From positions 27,344,001-27,408,000 of the forward strand of contig NC_058383.1 in assembly GCF_018350175.1 (NCBI RefSeq): 64,000 nucleotides of DNA. The letters are read 5' to 3'. Position 1 is the stretch's first letter; each line of letters opens with the position of its first letter. This document shows positions 23,901 to 35,270 of this stretch, in pieces. The position numbers and the translations under genes are program-made. The notes beneath the pieces were generated by a model. The model worked only from the letters and a program-made list of their open reading frames with translations, searched no databases and had not been told where the DNA came from. Origin of the DNA: Felis catus. Taxonomy: Eukaryota.

Positions 23901-26900
23901 AGGGTATTTGAATGCACGTTGTCCATTTTCAGAGCAAGAGGGCGGCCACACAAAGGGAGTCAGGTGGAGGCCGCTTTTCTACCCAAGGATCCCTGTCAAG
24001 AGGTTGCCGGCGAGGAAAGCTGGGAGCCTTCCCAACAGCTGCGTGGACATCTGTTTGCAAAGTGCACCAGGCCCACACGGAGCTGTGTGGAGGTGGCGCC
24101 TGCCGCCGGGCCTGCCCAGGACTCTGTCGAGAGGCTCCCCCTGCTCGTTCAGGAAGTCGCACCCAGCATGGAGGCTCCTCAGCGGCCCCGCGATGCAAAG
24201 TTGCCGCAGAAAAGGCAACTGATTAATACCCTCCGAGGGTCTATTGTCTGAATCCTGTCACCAGAGGAGAAACAGCTGTTTACAGTTTGTTTATTCCTCT
24301 CCCTTTGGAGCCTTTGCGAGGAAACACAAACGCTTGTTCTCCAGGGCACAATTCAGCAGCTGAAGGGAGCGAAGAAAACGGTGTTTATTTTTAACAGGAT
24401 AAAGAGGGGGGACTCTTAGGAAGTTTGGACACTAGCGGGAAGACAGCAATCTGGGAGGTGCCAGACCCCATGGTGATGTCGTGCATAATGTCAGCCTCTG
24501 GAGGGATGCTTGAGAGTCTGATCCAACTCCCGAATGAAAATGTAGGCAGGTGAGCACCCACAGATAGGAGAAACCTGGAATAGCCCTTTAGGCTTGGAAG
24601 TGAGAGAGCAAAGCGACCACCTGTTATTGAATACAGGTTGATGTCCTATACAAGGCCACCATGTACAGTTGTGCAGGTTGGGCACTGCACAGTGTTCCCA
24701 GTGAGGGAGAAATCTAGCCATGCCCCACAGTCCAGCACTGCACTGTTCGGAAGAAGGAACACCTCTCTTAGGCACAAACATTGTTTTCTGGCCAAGCCAG
24801 GCCTCTACCTAGAGTAGGCACTTTTCTCTAACACATAAAGGCACCATGTAGCAGCCTAAAACAGAGAGGTCCACCAGACCAGGCTGAAAACCCACAAGAA
24901 GTATCAAGGCCTCCCTACCTTCTCCACCCTGGGCTCCTCATCTGCCCATCCGTTCTCATCCTGCCTTCCTCACAGGGCTGCAAGGGGGCCAGATAAAGTA
25001 ACAGCTGGAGCTTTATTTTATATAGGCATATATTTATTTTTATGTTTAAGAGCAAACCTACTTAATTGTTACCCTTCTGAAGTAGGGACCACTGGCATCC
25101 CCATTTTACAGATAGAACACTGAGGCAGAGAGAGAGGATACGACTGGTCCAAGCTCATAACAAACAGCAAGGGCTTCCAGGATTCAAGCCCTCAGTTTCT
25201 AATGACTAGGCAATGTTGCCTCTTCTAGAAACGAGGCGGGCTACAAAGGCCCCAAAATGTGATGCTCAGAAAGCACAGTGCTCCTGCTGCATGTGCTCTG
25301 GGTTCTACAGCTGCTTAGGCAGGAGGGGGGTGGGAGGAGGGCCCTGAAGTCTGCATCTCCATGGAACCCTTCTAAAGACCCAGGGATCGCTCTGAGTTTG
25401 AGACACCTGGAAGGCAGGCTCAAGCGACCCCCAGCGGGGAACAGCGCAAGGAGAAGGGAGGCCAGGCCTCCCCACCCACCGCACAGGTGGCCCCTCCCCA
25501 GGGCTCGGGCCGCCAGCACCGCCTCCTGGTCCAAGGGCCGTGGCCGAGCTCCCTGGGCAGATGAGAAGGAGCCTCAGAATGTCCCCGGGCCTCGAAGGAC
25601 AAGGGAGCCCTCGTGCCTGTGTACTCCCTCCTCGGCGAGCCTGCAGATTGGAATCTCTGAAAATGGTTTTCACAACTCAGTTAGCGGCAATCAATTATTC
25701 ACGACCTCGCTTCCCACAAACTCATAGACTGTCACTGTTAGCAAGATAATTTCTGGACTCTGCCCAGCAGCCTTGCTCCAAGCTGCCAGGCAGCCCGCTG
25801 TTTACCTCCTCTGTCGCCAAAGACCCCCAAAGCCCACTACCCACCTCCGCCCTGGGCGGTGCCCTGACATCAGGGGCTGCATGACTCACTGTGGGCTTTG
25901 GGGCAGTATATCTGACCTCAGTTTAATCCAAGGGGAAAACAGGGCTCAAGAATTCCAGACCCTGTGCCAGGCTCTGGGATGAATCCACATTATTTTACAA
26001 AGTGCCTCGGGCTCTGAAAACACTGTGTTCAGACTCGTGAGGGTCTCTCAGACATGCTGTCACCCTGCCAAGTTCATGGTCAAGGACATTTGCTACTTGG
26101 CAGCGGCTTACGAACCATTAAGACCACCGTTAGCATTTTTCCCCCAAGAAAACTTGAGTCTGTCTTCAGGACCACATTCTCACGTCCCGGGAAGAGGAGG
26201 GACGTTACCCGACACCCTGGAAGAGACTTTCACGTTCTGCCGCTTAAACAAGCGTGATTCCACGCAAGCCACCTTTGCTCTCTCTGAGCCTCAGCTTCCA
26301 TGTCTGTAAAATGGGAGAGTAACAGTACTTAGCCCTCAGGGCTATGGTAAGGATGACATAAAACGGTGCATGCAAAAACCCTCATGCCTTGCTTCATACA
26401 TCACAGACACCGTGGCCTCTTTACTTAATCCTAAGACCCTGTGCGCTTGCCAGAGGCATCATGGATTTCCTACCAGTTTGGGGGACACTGGGGTGTGTTA
26501 GGAACCATTAAAGAAGCGTGCACACCAACTGGTAAACTTCATCCTGGTTATAATCACTGCCTTGAATTTAGGTGAGAAAGCAGGTACGAGGAGGTTATGT
26601 GACTAGATCAAGGCCACACGGCCACTCACAGCTGAGCTGGGAACAGGATCCCGTCCCTACCACTCTGAAGGTTGGACGGACAAGCCGAGAGCCTTGCCTC
26701 CCGGTTCCTCCTCGTCCTTGTCCTCCTCTTCCCACAAAGACTAGCGGGAACAACACTAGCAAGCACTTTATGGTGGTTATTATGTGCCCAGGCCCCGTGC
26801 TAAGTGAGCTACCTGTATCGGCTCATCTATTTCTCCCAAAGAGCCTCCATGATGGTAGATACCGTTACCCCTTCATTTTACAGACGAAACAAACTGAGGC

Positions 26901-27093
26901 ACAGAGACTCGGCCTAACTTGCCTAAACTTACACAGCTGCTTAGTGACAGAGCCTGGATGGGAACCCGCAGCAGAATCCACCTGCTTGCCTAGTTAGTCC
27001 CTTGTACCGCGCCCCACCCCCACCCCCAAGTCAGACAGGGATGTGCGGGGGAGGGGGAGCAGAGTGCCATACAAATGTCACACCGTGTCCCCG

Positions 27094-27096
<3 letters not shown>

Positions 27097-27135
<39 letters not shown>
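27097..27135. repeat. (CA)n microsatellite
   Basis: Direct reading. Confidence 0.95.
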
Positions 27136-27139
<4 letters not shown>

Positions 27140-28381
27140 ATGGTTCCTCTGAGCCCGGAGAGCACACCCCCTTCTCCCTAGGGCGAGGCCACGTTCCTGC
27201 CTCTCTTCTGTGCTCTCCTGATGCGTCCATGTGGGGCCAGCTGAGCTGTCCAAGGCGGGGAGGGGACAAGTGTGCAGCCCCAGCCTGGGTAAAGGCTCCG
27301 ATCCGAGCAGTCAGCCTCTCACCTGCCCCGTCTGTGGACTTGGGAGAACGGGAGAGCCTGAAGAGGGCAGGAGACTGGAAACCTGCCAGGCCTGGACCGC
27401 CGAGGCCTCCCCCACCCGCAGGAGGGTAGGGGCAGGGCCAGAAGATGGGAGAGGAGACCCTCCCCCGCACCACCTTGTCCCAGCCAATCTGCAATCACAT
27501 CAAGAGGACGGAGCATTAGGTCACTTGGTGGTTAATGGCGTGGGCTCTGGGCCAGCCTGCCTGGGTTACAATGCAGCTCTGCCTCTCACCAGCTGTGCAG
27601 CCTTGGGGAAGCCACTTCCCCTCTCTGGGTCCCACTTCCTCTCTCCACAAAACAGTGACCAACAATGCTCACATCACAGGCAAGCATTAAAAGTAAAATG
27701 CTTGACACGTGGGGGGTGGTTAATAAATGGCACCTGCTATTAATTGCTGTTATTATTATTTAATTATTATTACCCTGCAGCAGCAGCAGCAACATCAACC
27801 ACAGACCTCTGTATCAGCTACTAACGACACACGGTGAACCTTAAGGTGCTGTCGGGATGGTTGAGGGGCTGAGAAGAAACCACAGAACAACACATGATTC
27901 TAAGTTCTAGAGGAATCTTTGGCCTTTGGATCTCAAAATCTCTTTAAAGCAGGGTTCCACAGCTCTGGGTTTCAGAGTATCTCATCATCTGATCTTTCAT
28001 GCAGTTTCTGAAGGAAGCGAAAATGTTTACTGAGCAACGACTATGTGCCATTCACTGTTCTAGCCCTGGGGGTCCCCTGACGGAGTTAGTGGGCCAGAGA
28101 ACAACTCTGAAGGTAATGGGGAATGACAGTAAGGTCTTAAGAGACTGGAGTTTATTGTCAGGCAGAAGGGGGTAGATTCTGGGGGGAATGAGGCCCTTTT
28201 CTGCACACAACCACACGAGAACAGCCACCTGTACACATGGTAGGTAAGGCTCCTAGTAAGTCCCTCTGTGGGGTGAAGGTCACGGCTGGAACGAGGGAAG
28301 AGGTGTGTAACTTGGGCAGAGAAAACCATAAAAGACCTAAAACTGGGGAGTGTAAGGGACCCAGAAATCCCTTAGACCATT

Positions 28382-28606
28382 AAAAAAAATTTTTTTTAGT
28401 GTTTATATATTTTTGAGAGAGAGAGAGAGAGACCCCAAGCGTGAGCGGGGAAGGGGCAGAGAGAGAGGGAGACAGAGAATCCGAAGCAGGCTCCAGGCTC
28501 CAAGCTGTCAGCACAGAGCCCTACACGGGGCTCGAACCCATGAACTGTGAGATTATGATCTGAGCTGAAGTTGGACACTTAACTGACTGAGCCATCCAGG
28601 CACCCC
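28382..28606 (-). mobile_element. SINEC_Fc-type SINE
   Basis: Full reverse SINE body ending CCAGGCACCCC. Confidence 0.9.
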
Positions 28607-28900
28607 TCTCTTAGTCCATTTTAAAGATGGGGACAGAATGGCCCTGAGAGGCTACCCAAAACCCCACAAAGTGAGACACAGAGCGGGGCTGGTCCCCAGG
28701 TGTCCTGACTCCTGGAAGTCCAGATCTGCTTTGTAAAGTGTGTAAGTGATCCCCACACAGCACAGCCCCCACGACGTGTAGACACTGCCACCAGGCCCAG
28801 GGCCAGCTGTCCTTTCTCTCTGCCATCGATCTGGGTTAATGCCATCAGGCTGGGGTGCGTGCAGGATGCCACTATCAAATGGCTCAAGAATGCAGCACAG

Positions 28901-30153
28901 TGGGAGACCTGGACAGCAACATGCAGAAGGGTGAAACTAGACCACTTTCTTACACCATTCACAAAAACAAACTCAAAATGGATAAAGGACCTGAATGTGA
29001 GACAGGAAACCATCAAAACCCTAGAGGAGAAAGCAGGGAAAAAGCTCTCTGACCTCAGCCGCAGCAATTTCTTACTTGACACATCCCCAAGGGCAATGGA
29101 ATTAAAAGCAAAAATGAACTATTGGGACCTCATGAAGATAAAAAGCTTCTGCACAGCAAAGGAAACAATCAACAAAACTAAAAGGCAACCAATGGAATGG
29201 GAAAAGATATTTGCAAATGACATATCGGACAAAGGGCTAGTATCCAAAATCTGTAAAGAGCTCACCAAACTCCACACCCGAAAAACAAATAATCCAGCGA
29301 AGAAATGGGCAGGAAACATGAATAGACACTTCTCTAAAGAAGACCTCCAGATGGCCAACAGGCACATGAAAAGATGCTCAACGTCACTCCTCATCAGGGA
29401 AATGCAAATCAAAACCACGCTCAGATACCACCTCACCCCAGTCAGAGTGGCCAAAATGAACAAATCAGGAGACTATAGATGCTGGAGAGGATGTGGAGAA
29501 ACGGAAACCCTCTTGCTCTGTTGGTGGGAATGCAAACTGGTGCAGCCACTCTGGAAAACAGTGTGGTGGTTCCTCAGAAAATTAAAAATAGATCTACCCT
29601 ATGACCCAGGAATAGCACTGCTAGGAATTTACCCAGGGGATACAGGAGTGCTGATGCATAGGGGCACTTGTACCCCAATGTTTATAGCAGCACTTTCAAC
29701 ACAGCCAAATTACGGAAAGAGACTAAATGTCCATCAACTGACAAATGGATAAAGAAGACGTGGTTTATATATACAATGGAATACTACTTGGCAATGAGAA
29801 AGAATGAAATCTGGCCACTTGTAGCAACATGGATGGAACTTGAGGGTATTATGCTAAGTGGAATAAGTCAGGCAGAGAAAGACAGATACCATATGTTTTC
29901 ACTCACATGTGGATCCTGAGAAACTTAACAGAAGACCATGGGGGAGGGGAAGAGGGAAAAAAAAGTTACAGACAGGGAAGGAGGCAAACCATAAGAGACT
30001 TTTAAAAAAACTGAGAACAAACTGAGGGTTGATGGGGGTGGGAGGGAGGGGAAAGTGGGTGATGGGCACTGAGGAGGGCACCTGTTGGGATGAGCACTGG
30101 GTGTTGTATGGAAACCAGTTTGACAATAAATTTCATAAAAAAAAAAAAAGAAG
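28901..30153 (+). mobile_element. 5'-truncated carnivore/felid LINE-1 (ORF2 C-terminus, 3' UTR, polyA)
   Basis: ORF2 motifs [20 protein letters not shown] and CWRGCGE..CWWEC. A frameshift near 29700 continues to ...HMFSLTCGS* at 29919. G-rich 3' UTR, AATAAA at 30125, A-tail, and a perfect 15-bp TSD AAGAATGCAGCACAG at 28886-28900 and 30154-30168. Confidence 0.95.
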
Positions 30154-31729
30154 AAGAATGCAGCACAGGACAGGGGAGTTCTGATGTGGAGGTGGAGGGA
30201 GAGAAAAGGGACATCGTTCTGAAGGGGCAGGCGGCGATCGGAAAAGCCCCTGCAAAGGCAGGAGTGTTTCTGTTGGACAGAGAGTGGCAGTCACGGCAGA
30301 AAAGCTCTGGAAAGATCACTGGAGCCAGAATGGTTTTGTACAATTGACAGTCAACTTTTTTCACCTGCTGGGTTCCACCTCCAAATCACATAATGTCTAA
30401 ACCAGTCGATGTTTTTAGGTTTTAGGGCAACAGGGAGGATGAGTCCACTAACAGAGCTGCGGGGAGCACCGGTCAGAGACCACTTTATAGTGGCCGGGAG
30501 TTTCCTGCAGCCCCTGGCTTTGTCCGTCCCCAGATGACGTGTATGCCCTTGCTCACGAAGGTCACATTCTGTCCCCCTCTCCCTTCCTCTGATCCACGTG
30601 TGACCACCTTCCATTTGTTTCTTCATAAATGTCACCTCCTTGGACAAGCCTGTCCAGGTGACCCCTTCCTTTACTGACCAGTCCCCTCCACCGGGACATG
30701 AGCTACTGGCAGGCAGGGACCCTGTTTTATTCAGTGCTTCTAGCATAGTGCCTGGCACACAACAGGTCCTCGGTGACATCTGCTGAATGAAACAGCACGG
30801 GTGAACGCCCGGGGCAAATCTATACAGCCACGTACTCGTGTCAAAGTTCTAGAACACGATACCTGGGAGAGCGCCAACGGATGTTGCTGGGAATATGCCG
30901 AAGTCAACCCCCTGCTCACCAGGCCGGCATCTCCTTTCTGATGCACGGAGCCAGCTCTGTGGTTAATGGGAAAGATGCCTCTTAGCCATCTGCCCAGGGA
31001 CCACTCTCCAGTCCCCACCCAACCCTGGCAGGTAGCGAACACCAGGACAAGGAGAACGCTGGCGTTTACAAGACCCAGGCAGGCCCAGCCAGCCTTCTTA
31101 TTCAGGAGGAAGGAGGCCAGTAGGAGAAAAAGGACACAAGGTTTGCTCTGCCTCGATGTGGGCAGGTTCCGAGACAACATCGCACCCACTGGCCCAGGTA
31201 ACTTCGAACTGCACGGGCTCCCCTTGTTCCTCACTGCTTCCTTCGTCCAACAGCCTCAACACAAGCACTGAGCACCCACTTAGGAACAAGGAACCCGCAG
31301 CCTATTCACAGACTCCACAACTGCAGAGGAAGAACCAGGTTCCGGGAGGTTCCGGGAGGAACCAGACCAACACTCTGTGCTTCAGAGTCCTGAGGGGATC
31401 TCAGTGCAATGCCTGTATGCTTGCATGCTGTTTCATGAAGTGCTGTTTTTATTTTCATTTATGGCCCTTTCCTACTTTCTGTTTATTCTCAATGATTAAA
31501 AAAATAAACTAAAATAAAAAGTGGACTCGTGTGCTAATCATTTTAATCTTTCACATTTCACGTCAAAAACTAAAGTGCCTTTGAAATAGGCTATAAATTT
31601 TCCTCTGGGCCCAGGGCTAGCCTCATCGCATGGGTTTTGAAATGAGCTGTTCTTATTTGCATTAATCACCCCATGATCAGAAATTCCAGGTTGGTTTCTT
31701 CTCTGATTTGACAGTTATTTAGAAGAGGT

Positions 31730-31959
31730 TTCTTTCTTTCTTCTTCTTCTTTTTTTTTAATGTTTATTTTTGAGAGAGAGAGAAACAGAGAGAGAGTGGC
31801 AAAGGGGCAGAGACAGAGAATAAGACACAAAATCTGAAGCAGGCTCCAGGCTCCAAGGTGTCAGCACAGAGCCAGACATGGGGCTCGAACTCACAAACCG
31901 TGAGATCATGACCTGAGCAGAAGTCAGATGCCCAACTGACTGAGCCACGCAGGCGCCCC
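31730..31959 (-). mobile_element. SINEC_Fc-type SINE
   Basis: Reverse SINE body ending AGGCGCCCC. Confidence 0.9.
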
Positions 31960-32017
31960 TCTTTGTTTGAATTTCTCAGTGACTGCCTCTGAGAGGCTAG
32001 TTTAATGTATCTTATTA

Positions 32018-32234
32018 GGGGCTCCTGGGTGGCTCACTCTGTTGAGCATCCGACTTCAGCTCAGGTCACAACCTCGCGGTCCGTGAGTTCGAGCCCCGCA
32101 TCAGGCTCTGTGCTGACAGCTCGAAGCCCGGAGCCTGCTTCAGATTCTGTATCTCCCTCTCTCTCTGCCCCTCCCCTGCTCGCACTCTGTCTCTCAAAAA
32201 TGAATAAATGTTAAAAAATTTTTTTAATAAAATA
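32018..32234 (+). mobile_element. SINEC_Fc-type SINE
   Basis: TSD AATGT(A/G)TCTTATT at 32004-32016 and ~32235-32247. Confidence 0.9.
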
Positions 32235-32375
32235 AATGTGTCTTATTGTTTTATGAGTGTGGCCTGACAGATTTCTACTTTTGAAATCTACTAGATTTCT
32301 CGAGACAAATGAATTTCAAATTTTAATTACAGTATCTTAACACATCTAGACAATAGCCTTTAAAAAGAAAAGGCT

Positions 32376-32579
32376 GGGGTGCCTGGGTGGCTCAGTAGGT
32401 TAAGCGTTCAACTCTCGATTTCAGCTCACGTCATGATCTCACGGTTAGTGAGATCAAGCTCCACATCGGGCTCTGTGCGGACAGTGTGGAGCCTGCTTGG
32501 GATTCTCTCTCTCTCCATCTTTCTCTGTCCCTCCCCTGTTCTCTCTCTCATAATAAATAAATAAAAACTTAAAAATAAA
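32376..32579 (+). mobile_element. SINEC SINE
   Basis: TSD TAAAAAGAAAAGGC at 32361-32374 and 32580-32593. Confidence 0.9.
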
Positions 32580-32617
32580 TAAAAAGAAAAGGCCATCCCC
32601 TAGAATAAACATAGCTT

Positions 32618-32676
32618 CAGACAGACAGACAGACAGACAGACAGACACACACACACACAGACACACACACACACAC
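32618..32676. repeat. (GACA)n(CA)n compound microsatellite
   Basis: Direct reading. Confidence 0.9.
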
Positions 32677-32813
32677 CTTTATAAAAGAGGTATACAAACC
32701 ATTAACTTGGTGGGGGGCCCAGAACTACACTTAAGGATTAAGGGTGTCTGATCTAGGAATCCCACACTCAGGAATCACACCCACAATGGCACTGATGTTG
32801 TGTAGCCCCATTT

Positions 32814-33060
32814 ATTTTATTATTATTTTTTTTTAAATGACAAGCTAACTTAATTTTTTTTAATGTTTATTTATTTTCGACAGAGAAAGAGCATGAGTGG
32901 GGGAGAGTCAGAGAGAGGGAGACACAGAATCCGAAGCAAGCTCCAGGCTCTGAGCCGTCAGCACAGAGCCCGACGCGGGGCTCAAACTCACAGACCGAGA
33001 GATCATGACCTGAGCCAAAGTCGGACACTCAACCAACCGACTGAGCCACCCAGGTGCCCC
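32814..33060 (-). mobile_element. SINEC_Fc-type SINE with bipartite tail
   Basis: TSD TGTAGCCCCATTT at 32801-32813 and 33061-33073. Confidence 0.9.
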
Positions 33061-34119
33061 TGTAGCCCCATTTTAAAGACTAAAACTGAGGCTGCCAGAG
33101 ACGGAGTCACGTATATCAGTAAATGATAGCTGAGACCATCTGTCAATTCCACTAACCCCTTCACCATGGAATCCAACTTTCTTCTCAAAGGAGTACTAAC
33201 ACAGCAGCAGGTCTCTGGCGAGCTTCCTAAAGTGGGTTCATTGTGCCAGGGCACAGCCAGCAGCCAGGCTCCTACAGGCGAGCAGGACTTTACGCCTGGG
33301 AAAAGTGGGCTGGCTACAAAAGGAAGCTGACGCAGCTCTTTCGACAAGCCCCAGAAAGAATATTAAGTCATTTTTCAGGCAGTGCCGAGGAACCCTGAGA
33401 GAGGGGTGGATCCCGGGGAATCCTGACGTTGTCCTCCCCACCCTGGGAGTGTCTCTGCCAGAAAAAAGTGGGGCGTCATTCGGAAGAGGGCGAGCGGGCA
33501 GGAACAGACACAGGACCCACGCCTGCTCCACGACACTGACGAGGCAGCTCCTCGGGGGTGGGGGTGAGGGGTCTCAGCTCCAAGGCTGAGGCCACGCACA
33601 ACGTAGGCGGTCCCCGAAGGCACATTTCAGCACGGTGTTTCAATGAGAAATGACACATGCTACCCTGGGCTTGAGATCTGATTGGGGACGTCGAGCCGTA
33701 CTCCTCTGCTTCCCAGCAAGGAAAGCAGAGCAACAAGAGATAAACAGAAGTCAATCAGAGCAGAAAGTGACATCGGAAAAACTTGCCTAATTCTGCCAGA
33801 CCTGTTTTGCCGCATAAAGATAAGAGTCATTTGGACGATGCGGCTTCAGCAGAAGAAATTAAATGGTGGCACCGTTCCCAAAAACGGCTAAAGCAGTTAA
33901 TGTCAGGCATGTTCCCAACATCCTTGAAGGTACTGAGCTGGAAGGATGGCAGTCCATTAAAGAATGGTGGTTCTACGGACCCTCCATTTTGCAAGGCTAA
34001 TTACTCTGCTGGAAAGTAAGCCTTGTTCCGGAGTCTCAACACACAGAAGTTATCACTGAGCAGGAAAACTAAGACTCTCGAATTAAAATACACTTGTGAA
34101 AAGCAAGCCATGAAAAACA

Positions 34120-35270
34120 AAAGCGATGCTTAAACCAACTCCTCTCCTAGGTATATACCTAACATAAATGTTGACATAACATATATATATAAATATATAT
34201 GTTTATATATATATATAAATATATATATAATATATATAAATAAATAAATATATATATAAAATATATATATATAAATATATATTTTTATATATATATATAT
34301 TTATATATATATATATTTATATATATATTTATATTTATATATAGATATAGATATAAATATAGATATAGATATAGATATAGATATAGATATAGATATAGAT
34401 ATAGATATAGATATAGATATAGATATAGATATATTTTTTTTTGGAAAACACCTGCATGAAAATGCTCACAGCAGCACTCTGCCCGAAACTGGGAACTTCC
34501 CAAAGGCCCATACACAGAATGGATATGTAAACTGTGTTATATTCCACAATGACATGCCATACAACAACGTGAACGAGCAGCTACAAGTACAGGAAACAGG
34601 TCAGCAAAAGGTTTTGTAGACGGCCAGACAGTAAAGACCTTGGGCTTTGTGGGCCATGTGGTCTGGGTCCAGACTACTCAACTCTGCCATCACAGGGCAA
34701 AACCGCCACAGCCAGGATGTAAATGAATTGGATGTGGCTGTGTTCCAATAAAGCTTTATGTATGCACCCTGAAATTTAGATTTCACATACTTTTCACATG
34801 TCCCAAGATGTTATTCTTTTTTTGATTTTTTTTTCCCCCCAACCACTCACAAACGTGAAATGCATTCTTAGCCCACAGGCTGTGTGAAAAAACAGACAAC
34901 CCGGATCTGGCTCTGGGGGGGCTGCAGTCTGCCATGTTCTGAGAGAATCTCACACACTCTCATCTCACATAATGCTAAGCAAAACAAACCAGGCACAGAG
35001 TTGAACAGACAGCATGATTCTGTTTCTACAAAGAAGCGGGAGTAACCTACGGAGTCAGATCACTATCAGGGATTCCCCCTGGAGACGCAGGTACTGGAAG
35101 CGGGAAGGAGAAGGATTTCTTCGCGGGGCGGGGAAGGGTGGTGAGCTGTCACGCTCTCTGCTCTGGATCCGGGTCCCGACTACTCGAGCATGGCCACTGG
35201 TGGAGCTGGTTTATGATTTGTGCCTTTTCGCTAGGTGTGTTCTATTTCAAGAGAAACTTAGCAAAGTTGT
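34120..35270 (+). mobile_element. Ancient L1ME-like fragment interrupted by the AT repeat and by a MER58B-like element (~34597-34935)
   Basis: CTCCTAGGTATATACC...GAAAATGCTCACAGCAGCAC...ATATTCCACAATG on the left and ATCTCACATAATGCTAAGCAAAA..CATGATTC on the right. MER58 core GGCTGTGTTCCAATAAAGCTTTAT with the longer B-type internal segment. Confidence 0.65.
34181..34434. repeat. AT-rich compound microsatellite: degenerate (TA)n followed by (ATATAG)15
   Basis: ATATAG units at 34339-34428 (one ATATAA variant). Confidence 0.95.

Noticed and set aside
28859..29752. 297-aa ORF as a host gene or active L1 ORF2
   Set aside because: It starts at a GTG in flanking DNA fused to a 5'-truncated L1, lacks the EN and RT domains, and is frameshifted.
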